Shown here: positions 1-9,997 of the stretch, piece by piece
Layout of the letters: each line of letters opens with the position of its first letter
Position numbering within the stretch: position 1 is the first letter of the stretch
DNA from: Phycisphaerae bacterium
Lineage (GTDB): Bacteria; Planctomycetota; Phycisphaerae; UBA1845
Assembly: GCA_963666835.2 (NCBI GenBank)
Contig: CAXXGO010000007.1
Coordinates: forward strand, 32,001 to 96,000
Direction: 5' to 3'
Length of the DNA: 64,000 nt
Position numbers and translations under genes: made by a program
The notes under the pieces: generated by a model
What the model was told of the DNA's origin: nothing
The model's database searches: none
The model's input: only the letters and a program-made list of their open reading frames with translations

Positions 1-1581
1 GACCACGTCGGCCTCTCCCTCGGCATGGGTCATTCGTATCGGCAGGTCCAGTTCGAAAGCCCTCTCGCCGTGCGCAAGAGACAACACCAAGACCCCCTCC
101 GCTGAGCGGAAGACCGCCCGGTCGATCGAAACCGAAGGAGCTCCGGAGCCGCGCACCCATTGTTCGAAGAATGTGTCTAGCTGCTCCCCGCTTTCTTCCT
201 CGAAGACCCGGCTAAGATCATCCCAGGAGGCGTACTTCCCCAGATACTCCGCGTTGAACCGGCGAACCGCCGCCCAGAACACATCCTGCCCGATCCGCCG
301 CGCCAGCATGTGGAAAACCTCGGCGCCCTTGGAGTAGCCGATACCCCGGCCGCACCCATCCGGAAGCCCGAAGGTGCCCAACGGCTTGTCGTCCTCCGGC
401 TTCATTCGACCTAGGAAATGCGCGTCGTTGCGTCGTTTTCGCCGAGCCCCGGCCTCATCGCCGTCTAGAACGTAGCCATAGTAGTTGGTAGCGTAGCTTG
501 TTAACGCCTCGCACCAATTGCCGTCCTGCGGATCGACGAAGACCCCGTTACCCCACCAACAATGCAGCATCTCGTGGTCGAGGAACCCGTGCATGGTCTG
601 CGATCGTCGGCCCATTTCGATTACGGCCGAGCTAAGCAGCGTGAACGTCGGGAAGGCAAACCCGCTGCTGAAGAAGTTGTCCACGACGGCATATTCGCGT
701 GCCGGGTAAGGGCCAACCAGAGGCTGGTATCGGTCGAGATACCGCTTGACCGCGGAGCTCAAACCCTCGGCGTGCTGTTTCTGGGATGCCTTCAGGTGAA
801 TATCAATCGTAATCCCGTCGTGTTCATAACGGTGAACCTCATGCGGACCGCCGACCAGGACCATGTCCGGGACCGGGTATGCGCTCCGCCAGGCCAGGCG
901 ACCCGTACGTTTGCTCAAAGCAGCGTCGCGCTCCGCACCCGCCTTCAGCTCGAACCCGGGTACCGGATCGACAATAACCTCGAAATCCGCCGGCGGCACC
1001 GGGGCATCCTCCGGGACCGCCGGTTGGGGGTACCAATGGCCTTCTGCCAGGTATACGCCCTCCTCGCCGATGTGGGCCTGCATGTCGAAGTTGTGAATCT
1101 GCCCGGCCACCTCACCCGCGCCGACATCCTGGAAAAGCTCGCCTGCGTATTCCACGAATAACGTGAACGACTCCGCGGGTTTATCCAAAACGATCACATG
1201 CTCGCGCGCTTGGGACTTATCGGTTTTGGAGGTCTGCGCGACGAAGCGTCGTTGGATTGTCGCTCCCGAAGCCGTTACCGCGCGAACCTTCAGACTCGGG
1301 TGCAACAGGACTTCGACCCCCACCGGATCGGTTGCGGCCAAGTCCGGTCCGATCCGCACCAGATCCATCGTTGTCCGCCCCGTCAGGCGGTGAGCGGCCG
1401 GGTCCAGGGCGACGTCAATCCGATATCGCTCGGCCTGAACCGGCATTCGCGGAACCGTCATACATCCCGCCAAGCTCAGGATGGCCGCTGTCGCCACCCC
1501 GCGCGACACCCACCGACCCGGGCGAACGACAGACCACCCTACGCCTCGGGCGAACCGGTTCGAGCGACATGTTTCTTTCAT
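1..1581 (-). CDS. M1-family zinc aminopeptidase, probable lipoprotein (runs off window start)
   Basis: Manual minus-strand translation from ATG at 1581: MKETCRS...AILSLAGC (lipobox-like)...YRIDVALDP...FLDHEMLHCWWGNGV...WCEALT...GYSKGAEVFHML; HEXXH plus downstream E. No stop seen in the part translated; absent from the ORF track, consistent with running off the window. Confidence 0.85.
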   Translation of the reverse strand, partial: MKETCRSNRFARGVGWSVVRPGRWVSRGVATAAILSLAGCMTVPRMPVQAERYRIDVALDPAAHRLTGRTTMDLVRIGPDLAATDPVGVEVLLHPSLKVRAVTASGATIQRRFVAQTSKTDKSQAREHVIVLDKPAESFTLFVEYAGELFQDVGAGEVAGQIHNFDMQAHIGEEGVYLAEGHWYPQPAVPEDAPVPPADFEVIVDPVPGFELKAGAERDAALSKRTGRLAWRSAYPVPDMVLVGGPHEVHRYEHDGITIDIHLKASQKQHAEGLSSAVKRYLDRYQPLVGPYPAREYAVVDNFFSSGFAFPTFTLLSSAVIEMGRRSQTMHGFLDHEMLHCWWGNGVFVDPQDGNWCEALTSYATNYYGYVLDGDEAGARRKRRNDAHFLGRMKPEDDKPLGTFGLPDGCGRGIGYSKGAEVFHMLARRIGQDVFWAAVRRFNAEYLGKYASWDDLSRVFEEESGEQLDTFFEQWVRGSGAPSVSIDRAVFRSAEGVLVLSLAHGERAFELDLPIRMTHAEGEADVV

Positions 1582-1875
1582 GTCCAAGTCTCCACAGGTC
1601 ATTTGGTACACTCACAGGGCCAAAACGCAAGAGGACCGCCCGATGGCGTCGGCCCTACCCCGGCCCGTCTTCTGCCCAGCCGATCCACCGTTAATGGACG
1701 GCGCTTGGGGTTGTAGCTAAGGGGGGCATCGCTATACTATTGACCGTCCCGTAAAGTCGTTCGACCTTCGCTTCGCGCGCTATCGGCGGCGGCTGACGGG
1801 GTCTCGGCCGGCAGGTTAGCCCTGCCGCCTAGACATTGAGGGCAACTTGGCAAGAGGCAACGGCGGCGAGTTTGT

Positions 1876-2130
1876 ATGGCGAATGTTGACGCAATCGAAG
1901 TGGAAGGCATGGTCGTAGCGGCTCTGCCGAACGCGATGTTCCGCGTTGAAGTTGATACTGGTGGCGAAAAAAGCTACGTGCTGGCCACAATCTCCGGAAA
2001 GATGAGGAAATACTACATCCGAATCCTCCCGGGCGACCCCGTACTGGTAGAAATCTCCCCATACGACCTTACCCGCGGCCGGATCATCTACCGCGGTACC
2101 AAGTCACAACGCCCTCCGCGACGCCGGTAG
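1876..2130 (+). CDS. infA: Translation initiation factor IF-1
   Basis: [18 protein letters not shown]...[32 protein letters not shown]. Confidence 0.97.
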   Translation: MANVDAIEVEGMVVAALPNAMFRVEVDTGGEKSYVLATISGKMRKYYIRILPGDPVLVEISPYDLTRGRIIYRGTKSQRPPRRR

Positions 2131-2220
2131 CCCTCGCATCCGGTGCCAGAATTGCCTCTCGGATCACCACCCGCGGCGTTTTCTGAAGTTGGGAGCTGCC
2201 GTATTCCCGGAAAGGCGAAC

Positions 2221-3123
2221 ATGGCCACGATGATCCCTCGCCTTCGAATACCCCGCGGACATCCCGCCCCAACTGCGTGCCCGCTCATCATGGGTATCTT
2301 GAATATCACCCCGGACTCCTTCAGTGACGGTGGAGACTTCTCGTCGGTGGCCCTGGCCGTCGAACGGGCCCAGGAAATGGTCCGGGAGGGGGTGGACATC
2401 ATCGATGTCGGCCCGGAGTCGACTCGTCCCGGCTCGCGGGAAGTCTCCGCGCAGGAACAGATCAGCCGAGCCGTCCCGGTCATCGATGCCATCCGCAGGG
2501 TGGATCGGCAGACCCCGATTTCGATAGACACACGGCTGGCCCAGGTCGCTCAGGCCGCCCTCGACGCGGGAGCGGACATGATCAACGACGTCTCCGCCCT
2601 CCAAGATGACCCCGAGATGGCAACGGTGGCGGCGCAGGCGGGAGTGCCGATCTGCCTGATGCACCGGCGCGGTCGATCGGTTGACATGCAGCGTGGCGGC
2701 GGGCCCGAATACGTCAACGTTCTGGACGAAATCAGCACTTTCCTTCGCGAGCAGGTCGATTACGCAACGGCCCGCGGCATAGATGCTGCGAGGATCATCA
2801 TCGATCCTGGAATCGGCTTCGGAAAACGGGTGGAGCACAACCTCCTGATCGTCAAGCACCTTGGCCGGTTTCTGAAACTCGGCCGGCCCTTGCTACTGGG
2901 AGTCTCTCGGAAGGCGTTCATCGGTACGGTGCTCGGAATCGAAGATCCGAAACAACGTGCCAGTGGATCCCTGGCTTGCGCCGCGCTGGCGACGATGGCG
3001 GGAGTGTCAATCCTGCGCGTACACGACGTGCGTTCGACGGTCGAGGTCGCTCGTTTATGCACCGCGGTCCGCCAGGCGAGAGTAGGACGTAACTTCTACG
3101 CGATACAACCTTCCACGGAGTAG
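2221..3123 (+). CDS. folP: Dihydropteroate synthase (start uncertain)
   Basis: IMGILNITPDSFSDGG, DVGPESTRPG, IIIDPGIGFGK, GVSRKAF, ILRVHDV. Confidence 0.95.
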   Translation: MATMIPRLRIPRGHPAPTACPLIMGILNITPDSFSDGGDFSSVALAVERAQEMVREGVDIIDVGPESTRPGSREVSAQEQISRAVPVIDAIRRVDRQTPISIDTRLAQVAQAALDAGADMINDVSALQDDPEMATVAAQAGVPICLMHRRGRSVDMQRGGGPEYVNVLDEISTFLREQVDYATARGIDAARIIIDPGIGFGKRVEHNLLIVKHLGRFLKLGRPLLLGVSRKAFIGTVLGIEDPKQRASGSLACAALATMAGVSILRVHDVRSTVEVARLCTAVRQARVGRNFYAIQPSTE

Positions 3124-3179
3124 AAGCCCTGCAGAAGTAAGGGGTCCCTGTCTCAGACGGCGCGAAGAGACGGACAAAA

Positions 3180-3415
3180 CAGGCACGGACCTGCTTCACC
3201 CAAACGGCCCGGGTAATCGTCCGGGCCAGCCGGGCGAGAATATGCGTATGGTCCTCCCCTCCGCCAATCCTGGTCGGCGGACAGTTGAGGCGCCTGCTGA
3301 TGGCCCCCAAGTAGGCGTGCAACGAATTGCGCCCCGCGTTGTTTCGAAGCAACGGGTGCCGCGCCTTCGTAGAGAAGGTCAAATACACCTCGACTGCAGA
3401 CAGCGATTGCGGCAT
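3180..3415 (-). pseudogene. Truncated HUH (Y1) transposase, IS200/REP-associated type
   Basis: MPQSLSAVEVYLTFSTKARHPLL...LHAYLGAI...GGGEDHTHIL...WVKQVR with HUH motif; similarity is lost after about 75 aa, before the catalytic Tyr region; REP-like palindromes lie immediately upstream (3432-3530). Confidence 0.75.
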
Positions 3416-3431
3416 AGGATGCCATCCCTAT

Positions 3432-3530
3432 GACGCAACCCGTTGGGGTTGATCTTTGATGCAACCGTGATCCAAGGGTGGCCGCTTCGCGGCAATTCCG
3501 GGCTGCAGGACGTAACGCCGTTGGCGTATG
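3432..3530. repeat. REP-like composite (CCCAGGGTAGCCG..GGCAACCCTGGG family plus ACGCCnnnGGCGT hairpin)
   Basis: Related copies at about 8135-8240, 31305-31400 and 40405-40460. Confidence 0.8.
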
Positions 3531-4073
3531 TTGATAACCCGGGCACAACGCCGTCTGATCTTCAGACTTCGAGTTTGCTGGGGATGAATCGCCGACCCAA
3601 ACGCGATCATGATCCCAGCCGGCCACGCGGCCGACTCGCAACCATTCGACATCGCCGCAGCACGGTCGTTCACGAGACCGCCCGCGAGCTATGTTCTCGG
3701 AATCGCGACACTGATGGTAATCCCGCACAAGTACCAGAAAAGGGTAAAAATCGTCGAACGCCTCTTGACGTGGTTTCCTACTGTGGACACTTTAGTGACC
3801 GCATCTGCCGGATGACTTCATAGTCATCGTCCTCGTTTCGGCGGGCAGCAACCGGCCCGCCACCAAGACCGAGGGACTTTTCGGATGAGTGGAATCGACA
3901 GGCGTAGTCCGACCGGGGTCCTACGTATTCCGGCTTTCCACAGGCCGGCCTCATATACGCGTGCTGAGTTCCCGACATTCTCAACACCACGAAGAACGAA
4001 AGGAGGTTGTGCGATAAGCAGGGCGTTGGTCTGTACGGAGGGTCACCTCATGTATCTATGGAGCTAGAGGAAG

Positions 4074-4847
4074 ATGACAATTCGAATTGACTGTACGCTG
4101 ATGCGTCTGATCTCGCTTGCGATGTTCCTGGCGGCAACCACGACCCCGGTGGTTATCGCGGATCCGGGATCAACCGAACAGATTGTCGAGACTTCTCCGG
4201 TTCGGGACATTGTCCCTGCAGAACAGCTTGTTTCGCGTCCGGAGATCCAATACGACGAAGAGGTAGACGAATACTTCTTCGATCTACACCTGGCGGACTA
4301 CAACTTGCGGGCAACGCTCGTCCCGAACGATCCGGGCCTGGTACGCATAACCCACCCGACTGAGGGCGGAGAGTTCTGGATTCGGGTCACGAGCGTCGGC
4401 GATCCGGAGGCCGGAACAGCGATCCAGTTCCTGACCGTGCTGGATCAGGATCGTATTGCCCGGGGCACGGTTGTCATTTCGCACGACCTTGTTGAAGACC
4501 AAAACGGCGACCTCGTCGGGGCAGAGCTTCTGGTTGAAAGCCCCGCGGCCGGAACCGCCGCTGCGGTCTGGTACGACGCGGAAGATCTGACATTCCGACC
4601 TTTCGCCATCCAACCGTCGTCGACTGTGTTAATCCAGCCCGAGCTGCCCGGCGGCAACGATGTGGAAGCCTCTATCTGGGGGTGGGTGCAAGCGGGTATT
4701 GCGGCTATTCTCACTCCGATCGGGGTCGCGAGTACCGCGGCCGTTGTTAGCGTGGGAGTCGCGGTAGCGGGCGCACGCAGCGGCCTGTTTGGTCCGTATA
4801 ACTGCGATGGCGCCTGGAATCAACATTGGAACGGCTGCGTGCAATAG
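4074..4847 (+). CDS. Secreted hypothetical protein: acidic body plus hydrophobic C-terminal peptide with a Cys pair
   Basis: RBS GAGG; signal-like N-terminus ending VIA-DP; C-terminus SIWGWVQAGIAAIL...NCDGAWNQHWNGCVQ. Confidence 0.75.
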   Translation: MTIRIDCTLMRLISLAMFLAATTTPVVIADPGSTEQIVETSPVRDIVPAEQLVSRPEIQYDEEVDEYFFDLHLADYNLRATLVPNDPGLVRITHPTEGGEFWIRVTSVGDPEAGTAIQFLTVLDQDRIARGTVVISHDLVEDQNGDLVGAELLVESPAAGTAAAVWYDAEDLTFRPFAIQPSSTVLIQPELPGGNDVEASIWGWVQAGIAAILTPIGVASTAAVVSVGVAVAGARSGLFGPYNCDGAWNQHWNGCVQ

Positions 4848-4902
4848 CGGCTTTGCGGAAAAGTCGATCTGCAATCGGGTTTGAATAGACTGGGGAGGTG
4901 CA

Positions 4903-5838
4903 ATGGAAGTTGTCGTCGTTCCAACCCGCCGGGGTACATGCTGGAGTCTCGGCGTTTGTTTCGTGTTGGCATGCGCGGTAACCGGGTTGGGCTTATCCGT
5001 GCTGGTGGGGAACCTGCTTTGGGTGGACAATCCGCTGGGCGCTTACGCTTTTGGCCTTCTTGTTGCGGTGGCGGCCGTGGTAGCCGGCAGCTTGTTTCGC
5101 TCATTCGTGAAACACTGCCGGGCAGCTCGAAAGTGCCGCGCGGGGGTCGATGAGAATCAGAGTCCTTTGTGGAGACTTATCGCGCAGTGTAACCGCCGCT
5201 CTGACAATGCGATTCTGCGTGAACTCAACCGGATGAGGCCCAAGCTATTCGGGCCGGCGAGTCCTCCTCCGCTGCTGGTTTGTCTGGGTGTTCTGCCGTC
5301 CGAGCCGGAGCCGTCCGAGTATCAGACGGAGCCGAGCTGTTACGAGGTTCACCACTCATTCAGGCCGTTTGGGTGGATGTTGATCGGCGCACTGATCCTC
5401 ATTGGCGCGATCGATTGGCTGGCAGTGCCTTCACCGGCTACGTTCTACGCGAGGCAGGCGTTGGTGGCACTCTGCGGCGTTCTAGCCATCGGCGGTGTGG
5501 TCTACCTGGCTTGCTTCTCATGGCGAACCGTTTTGCGTGTTTCTCCGGGCGTGGTAGAGGTGTTTCGATACCCGATATTCGGCTCCAAACCCCGGGTGCA
5601 TCGGTACCCGTGTGTGCCGGGCACAACGTTGATTCTCCGTTGCGTGGACCCGCCGGACGGCGAGCCGAAGGACGCGTTCTTGTCGCACCACCACAGTGGG
5701 ACCCTCACGCTATCGCGTGGTAAGCACGTTGAGACCATTCCCTTGACCGGGATCAAACCGGAGAGTCTCTGCCGAGCCGTTACGGCAGAACGGGTAACGC
5801 CCTTGGAGATACTCTCAACGGATAGCCTGATCGGCTAG
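4903..5838 (+). CDS. Hypothetical integral membrane protein (about 4 TM segments)
   Basis: GGAGG RBS; two pairs of hydrophobic segments. Confidence 0.7.
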   Translation: MEVVVVPTRRGTCWSLGVCFVLACAVTGLGLSVLVGNLLWVDNPLGAYAFGLLVAVAAVVAGSLFRSFVKHCRAARKCRAGVDENQSPLWRLIAQCNRRSDNAILRELNRMRPKLFGPASPPPLLVCLGVLPSEPEPSEYQTEPSCYEVHHSFRPFGWMLIGALILIGAIDWLAVPSPATFYARQALVALCGVLAIGGVVYLACFSWRTVLRVSPGVVEVFRYPIFGSKPRVHRYPCVPGTTLILRCVDPPDGEPKDAFLSHHHSGTLTLSRGKHVETIPLTGIKPESLCRAVTAERVTPLEILSTDSLIG

Positions 5839-6020
5839 ACTGAGCCGGCCGCTCTGCGGGGGCGTCGCCCAACGACGCCCCCGCCGGGTGCCCATACTCC
5901 GACACACCAAGGTATCCTGCACCGGGAAGCCAGATAGCCTGATAATCACGTCGCGATTCCGCAACACTGTACCCCCTCCCTGCGAGATTACCCCGTGGGG
6001 GAAATGTTCTACGAATTCCC

Positions 6021-6049
6021 TTGACTTGCGGTCAGGGAAGATGTAAGAT
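6021..6049 (+). promoter_or_regulatory. Sigma70-type promoter
   Basis: TTGACT-17 nt-TAAGAT upstream of the 6196 gene. Confidence 0.6.
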
Positions 6050-6145
6050 TCGTCGATAGCATATGCTGGGCAACTGCAAGGTTGTCGTTCTTGTCGCGGT
6101 GGGGCTTGGCCGGCCCGCCCGGGATGTTAGGGCACTCCTCACGCG

Positions 6146-6297
6146 AGAGGGGTGTTGTGGAGCTTTCTGAGTGCTTGCATATCTGGAGAAAAGCGATGAA
6201 GAAGCTGCTAACGGGGTTAATGGTATTGGTGCTCTGTGCGGGGCTGTTCGGCGTATCGTCACTTCTGTACGCCGCCGACCCTGAACCGGTTGAGTCG
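6146..6297 (+). repeat. Duplicated 5' UTR plus signal-peptide cassette, copy 1 (copy 2 at 7096-7247)
   Basis: Near-identical DNA at offset 950 (AGAGGGGTGT...GCCGCCGACCCTGAACCGGTTGAGTCG); weaker similarity extends about 65 nt further upstream. Confidence 0.92.
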
Positions 6298-6927
6298 GTG
6301 GTGACACAGGTGGAGTATGAGGATTGCGTGATTCTGCTGGGTTGCGATGACCTGAGGCGGACGGAGCCGGAGATCTACTACCACCTGCTTTCGGTAGCCG
6401 AGCAGGCCGAAGCTTGGGAAGAAAGCGAGGCCTTTGCGTTCGATGAAGACGGGTTCCTGTCGGTCGAGCTGACTGACGATAGCTTGGTTTGTGTGCTGAC
6501 TGAGAACAACGTGGACGACACGGATGAAGAGGCGCAGAGTGTCACGGTGGTACCGGCTGAGCGGAATGAGGATGGGGACTTCGTGACTGGTTTAGCGCTT
6601 AGGTTGACTCCCCCAACCGAAGCATCACCGTTCGAGTATCGTGTCATCCAGCAACCTTCGGAACCGGGGAGCGTGGATAAGTCAAGCTTGGTCGAAGATG
6701 CGGCCGTTGCGGTCGACGGCATCGATAGCGACGATTCGGACCCTGTCGATGACGGAGAGCCCGCCGTACAAGCACAAGACCCACCGACGTCAACCCACTG
6801 TTCAAGCGCTGGCAGCGATACGATCTGCTGTGGCTTCTCCCGCGCATCCGGCGAGGTCCGCGTAATCTGTATCTGCCGGGGAAAAGCGGGAACCTGGCAG
6901 AGGTGCCTTGATACCGGTTGGATCTAG
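6196..6927 (+). CDS. Secreted protein: acidic region plus 6-Cys C-terminal domain
   Basis: GGAGA RBS; MKKLLTGLMVLVLCAGLFGVSSLLYA-ADPEPVES; C-x8-CC-x12-C-x-C-x9-C tail. Confidence 0.8.
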   Translation: MKKLLTGLMVLVLCAGLFGVSSLLYAADPEPVESVVTQVEYEDCVILLGCDDLRRTEPEIYYHLLSVAEQAEAWEESEAFAFDEDGFLSVELTDDSLVCVLTENNVDDTDEEAQSVTVVPAERNEDGDFVTGLALRLTPPTEASPFEYRVIQQPSEPGSVDKSSLVEDAAVAVDGIDSDDSDPVDDGEPAVQAQDPPTSTHCSSAGSDTICCGFSRASGEVRVICICRGKAGTWQRCLDTGWI

Positions 6928-7145
6928 ATTGGCTGAGAGTAGTATCATCTGCTGATGAGTGGACGGTGACCAGCCGTGTAACCGGTTAGATGGCGACCAG
7001 CACACTGGGTTCCCAACGGGGCCGGTGTGCTTGGTCGTTCCTGCGTTGGCGGCACTTGCGCAGCCCGCCCTTACGATTGGGGGATTCCTCATCCAAGAGG
7101 GGTGTCGTGGAGTCCTTTGAGTGCTTTCATATCTGGAGAAGTGTC

Positions 7146-7667
7146 ATGAAGAGGCTGCTAACGGGGTTAATGGTATTGGGGCTCTGTGCGGGGTTGTGCG
7201 GGGTATCGTCACTTCTGTACGCCGCCGACCCTGAACCGGTTGAGTCGATCGACGCGCAGGCAGAGCAAGAGGAGGAGGCCGCTTGGGACGCGTGGCGTAC
7301 GGACTTCGAAGCCCGCCTGGCCGCGGATGAGAAGTACCTCGCGGCCGAGGAGGAGGCTCTGAAGGGATACTTCGGCGACGTGGACGAGTACAGGGTCCTT
7401 GAGGAAGCTCGCGCCGAGAGGTATCGCGAGATCGCGTTGATTACATACGAAGAGCATTTCGGTGTGTGGACCGGCACCACGGACGAGTTCGACGCCCTAA
7501 TGGAAGTGAAGGCGGCGGACGAGAATCCGCTGAAGCAGTGTTCTGAAGCGGCCACCGATAGTTGCGGTGAACACCGAGTCTGCAGCGTCAAAGTGGCGCA
7601 GAACGTGTGTTCGTGGACCTGCCAGGACGCGAAAGGAAACTGCCCGAGCCTTGCAGGGGTCGAGTAG
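7146..7667 (+). CDS. Secreted protein: acidic helical region plus 6-Cys C-terminal domain
   Basis: Same leader MKRLLTGLMVLGLCAGLCGVSSLLYA-ADPEPVES; C-x7-C-x5-C-x8-C-x3-C-x6-C tail. Confidence 0.8.
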   Translation: MKRLLTGLMVLGLCAGLCGVSSLLYAADPEPVESIDAQAEQEEEAAWDAWRTDFEARLAADEKYLAAEEEALKGYFGDVDEYRVLEEARAERYREIALITYEEHFGVWTGTTDEFDALMEVKAADENPLKQCSEAATDSCGEHRVCSVKVAQNVCSWTCQDAKGNCPSLAGVE

Positions 7668-7759
7668 CCGACGCCGGAGCTTGGCAAACCGGTGAAACGA
7701 TTTCTTAAGCCGGAAGAAATGGCCCAAAGAGGGGGAGCCGAATGAGACCGGCTCCCCCT

Positions 7760-8240
7760 TGCGCGGGTGCCCCATACCATTCCGGCGTTTGCTGGTATGG
7801 AACAGCCGCGCCGGTTCCCCGCCGGAATGGGTGGGGGACGGATGGAGACCCGAGCGGTAGCCCTCTTCCGCAATCAGTCTTCGCGCGACGTGCGCCGTTG
7901 CGGCAGGTCTCGTACGTCAACCGTACCCTACAAGGTGTTCACGCGATGTGCGCCTTTGGGACCCGCGCCGAAGGCGTTGAACAGCCAAGCCCAGTCTTCG
8001 CGCGATATGCACCCTTTTGAACTTAGCCCGAAGGCGTTTCACGACAAAGCCCTGGGTAAACGAAGCGGCGTAGTCGCTTCAGTGCCACCCTCGGTAACAA
8101 AGCCCCCTCACACGCCAACCCCGAAGCGGGTTGAACAACGGCAAAACCCCGTTTGGGCGGATCTTTGATGTGACCGTGATCCCAGGGTAGCCGCTCCGCG
8201 GCAACCCTGGGCTGAAGAACTGACCGCCTTCGGCGGATGT
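7760..8240. repeat. Mosaic of REP/MITE-like repeats, including an empty homologue of the intron target
   Basis: CGCGGGTGCCCC...GCCGGAATGGGTGGGGGACGGA; GGCAGGTCTCGTAC..CCCTAC; CCCAGGGTAGCCGCTCCGCGGCAACCCTGGG; 7880-8240 resembles 31105-31400. Confidence 0.85.
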
Positions 8241-8251
8241 TGACGGCCCCG

Positions 8252-9199
8252 TCACAGCGACGTGAACATGTCACCTTCTCTCACGTGCCGGCCGTTGACG
8301 TAATCGCCCCAGCTCATGACCCGCCCGGATGACGGCTTGATCTCCAGAATCTCGACGAAGCCGGCGCCGGCGGCCACGTAGCGCCGAGCATCGATAGTCC
8401 CCGGGGCAATCGCAGGCGCGGTCGGGTCTTCCGCGCGGCGAGCTCGGGTGATGGCCACCTGCTCCCAGCGACCGTCGTCGGATTCGAAACGGGCGCGGGC
8501 GCCGGGCCAGGGCGTCATGCCGCAGATGTGGTTGGCCACGTACCGGGCGGGACGGTTGAAGTCTATCAACCCGTCGGACTTCTTCAGTTTCGGGGCTCGC
8601 GTCGCCTCGGCCTCATTCTGCGGGGTGCCCTCCGGGATGGCGTCTCCGGCAAACAGCTCGATGGTCGCCCTGACGGCGTCGACCCCGACCCCGGCCAGCC
8701 GGTCGTGAAGCTCTTCCGCGGTTTCCTCCGGCTTCAGGGCCGTCCAACGTGAGGCGAGAATCGGTCCGGCGTCCATCCGCTCGACAATGCGAAAGACGGT
8801 GCAGCCGGAACGCTCCTCCCCGTGGACAATCGCCCAGTTGATCGGGGCCGCCCCGCGATACTTGGGCAGCAGGGACGCGTGCAGATTGACGAAGCCGCCG
8901 GGTGCGCTGGCCATCAGTTCCGGCCCGAGCTTCTGACCGAAGTCTATCACCAACCCGAGCCGGGCATCGAGACTGCGGATCCGGTCGACGGTATCCGGGT
9001 CGTTGACGTCCGGGGCTTCGAGCGTCTCCAAACCCAGCTCATCTGCAAGAGCTCGAACCGGGGTCCGGGCAGTGTGGCGTCCGCGACCGCTGGGGCGGGC
9101 GGGCTGGGTGATAACCAGCGGTACTTCGTGTTCGCTCTGGGCCAGCCACCGCAAGGTGGGGCGGGCAAACGCCCCGGATGCCACAAAGACGATACGCAT
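8252..9199 (-). CDS. fmt: Methionyl-tRNA formyltransferase
   Basis: MRIVFVASG..., VITQPARPSGRG, NLHASLLPKYRGAAPINWAI, MDAGPI. Confidence 0.96.
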   Translation of the reverse strand: MRIVFVASGAFARPTLRWLAQSEHEVPLVITQPARPSGRGRHTARTPVRALADELGLETLEAPDVNDPDTVDRIRSLDARLGLVIDFGQKLGPELMASAPGGFVNLHASLLPKYRGAAPINWAIVHGEERSGCTVFRIVERMDAGPILASRWTALKPEETAEELHDRLAGVGVDAVRATIELFAGDAIPEGTPQNEAEATRAPKLKKSDGLIDFNRPARYVANHICGMTPWPGARARFESDDGRWEQVAITRARRAEDPTAPAIAPGTIDARRYVAAGAGFVEILEIKPSSGRVMSWGDYVNGRHVREGDMFTSL

Positions 9200-9212
9200 G
9201 GGATTCCCCCAC

Positions 9213-9752
9213 TCACTTCTTGGTTCGCTGCCGCTGGGCGTACTCTTGTTTGAGCTGCTTGAGGGCCCGGCGGTTGGCGATCTCGTCGGTCGCGGACATG
9301 GCATCCGCCACCAATCGGCCGACCAGGTGATCGCACTCGTGCTGCCACACCCTGGCGAGCAAGTCCGTTCCGACCATCCGAACCGGCTGACCGTCGAGGT
9401 CAGCGGCATCTATCACCACATGGGAGGCCCGGCGCTTCGTAACCGTCACGCCGGGAAACGACAGACAGCCCTCCTCCGCCTCAACGGCCCCCGTCAGCTC
9501 CGATAAACGTGGATTGACGAAGATCTGCCGGTCTTGCGGCTCTCCGGTTATGTTGCAGATGAACAACTGCACGGGCCAGGCAACCTGAGGGGCGGCCAGC
9601 CCGATCCCTCTACCATCGCGCATGACTTCGAACATGCGCTCCACCACGATCTTGAGCTGGTCGCTGAACTCCTCTACAGGAGCGCAGACTTCGCGCAAGA
9701 TCGGATCCGGGTAATGGATTATGCGAAGCTCGGCTGGGTTGGGTATTGGCAT
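9213..9752 (-). CDS. def: Peptide deformylase
   Basis: GIGLAAPQV, EGCLS, QHECDHL; adjacent to fmt. Confidence 0.96.
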   Translation of the reverse strand: MPIPNPAELRIIHYPDPILREVCAPVEEFSDQLKIVVERMFEVMRDGRGIGLAAPQVAWPVQLFICNITGEPQDRQIFVNPRLSELTGAVEAEEGCLSFPGVTVTKRRASHVVIDAADLDGQPVRMVGTDLLARVWQHECDHLVGRLVADAMSATDEIANRRALKQLKQEYAQRQRTKK

Positions 9753-9997
9753 GGATGACACTTTCTGACAATCGAGATCGGCTCGCGCGGCTCCTCACGG
9801 ATCTTGACACTAGCCGTACCCAAGAATACTATCTGTGGTCTTTCGTTTGTAAAGGTATACTATCTACCTGTGTTGTATTTCATGGCTTGCGTGGTGTGCC
9901 GAGAACCCAGTTTCGCCGGCGTCGATGCCTGAACCGGCGATGATACCGGCAGGTCTCGTAGCCTCTCCGTCGTTTTAACAGAAAGTTACCAAGGCCC

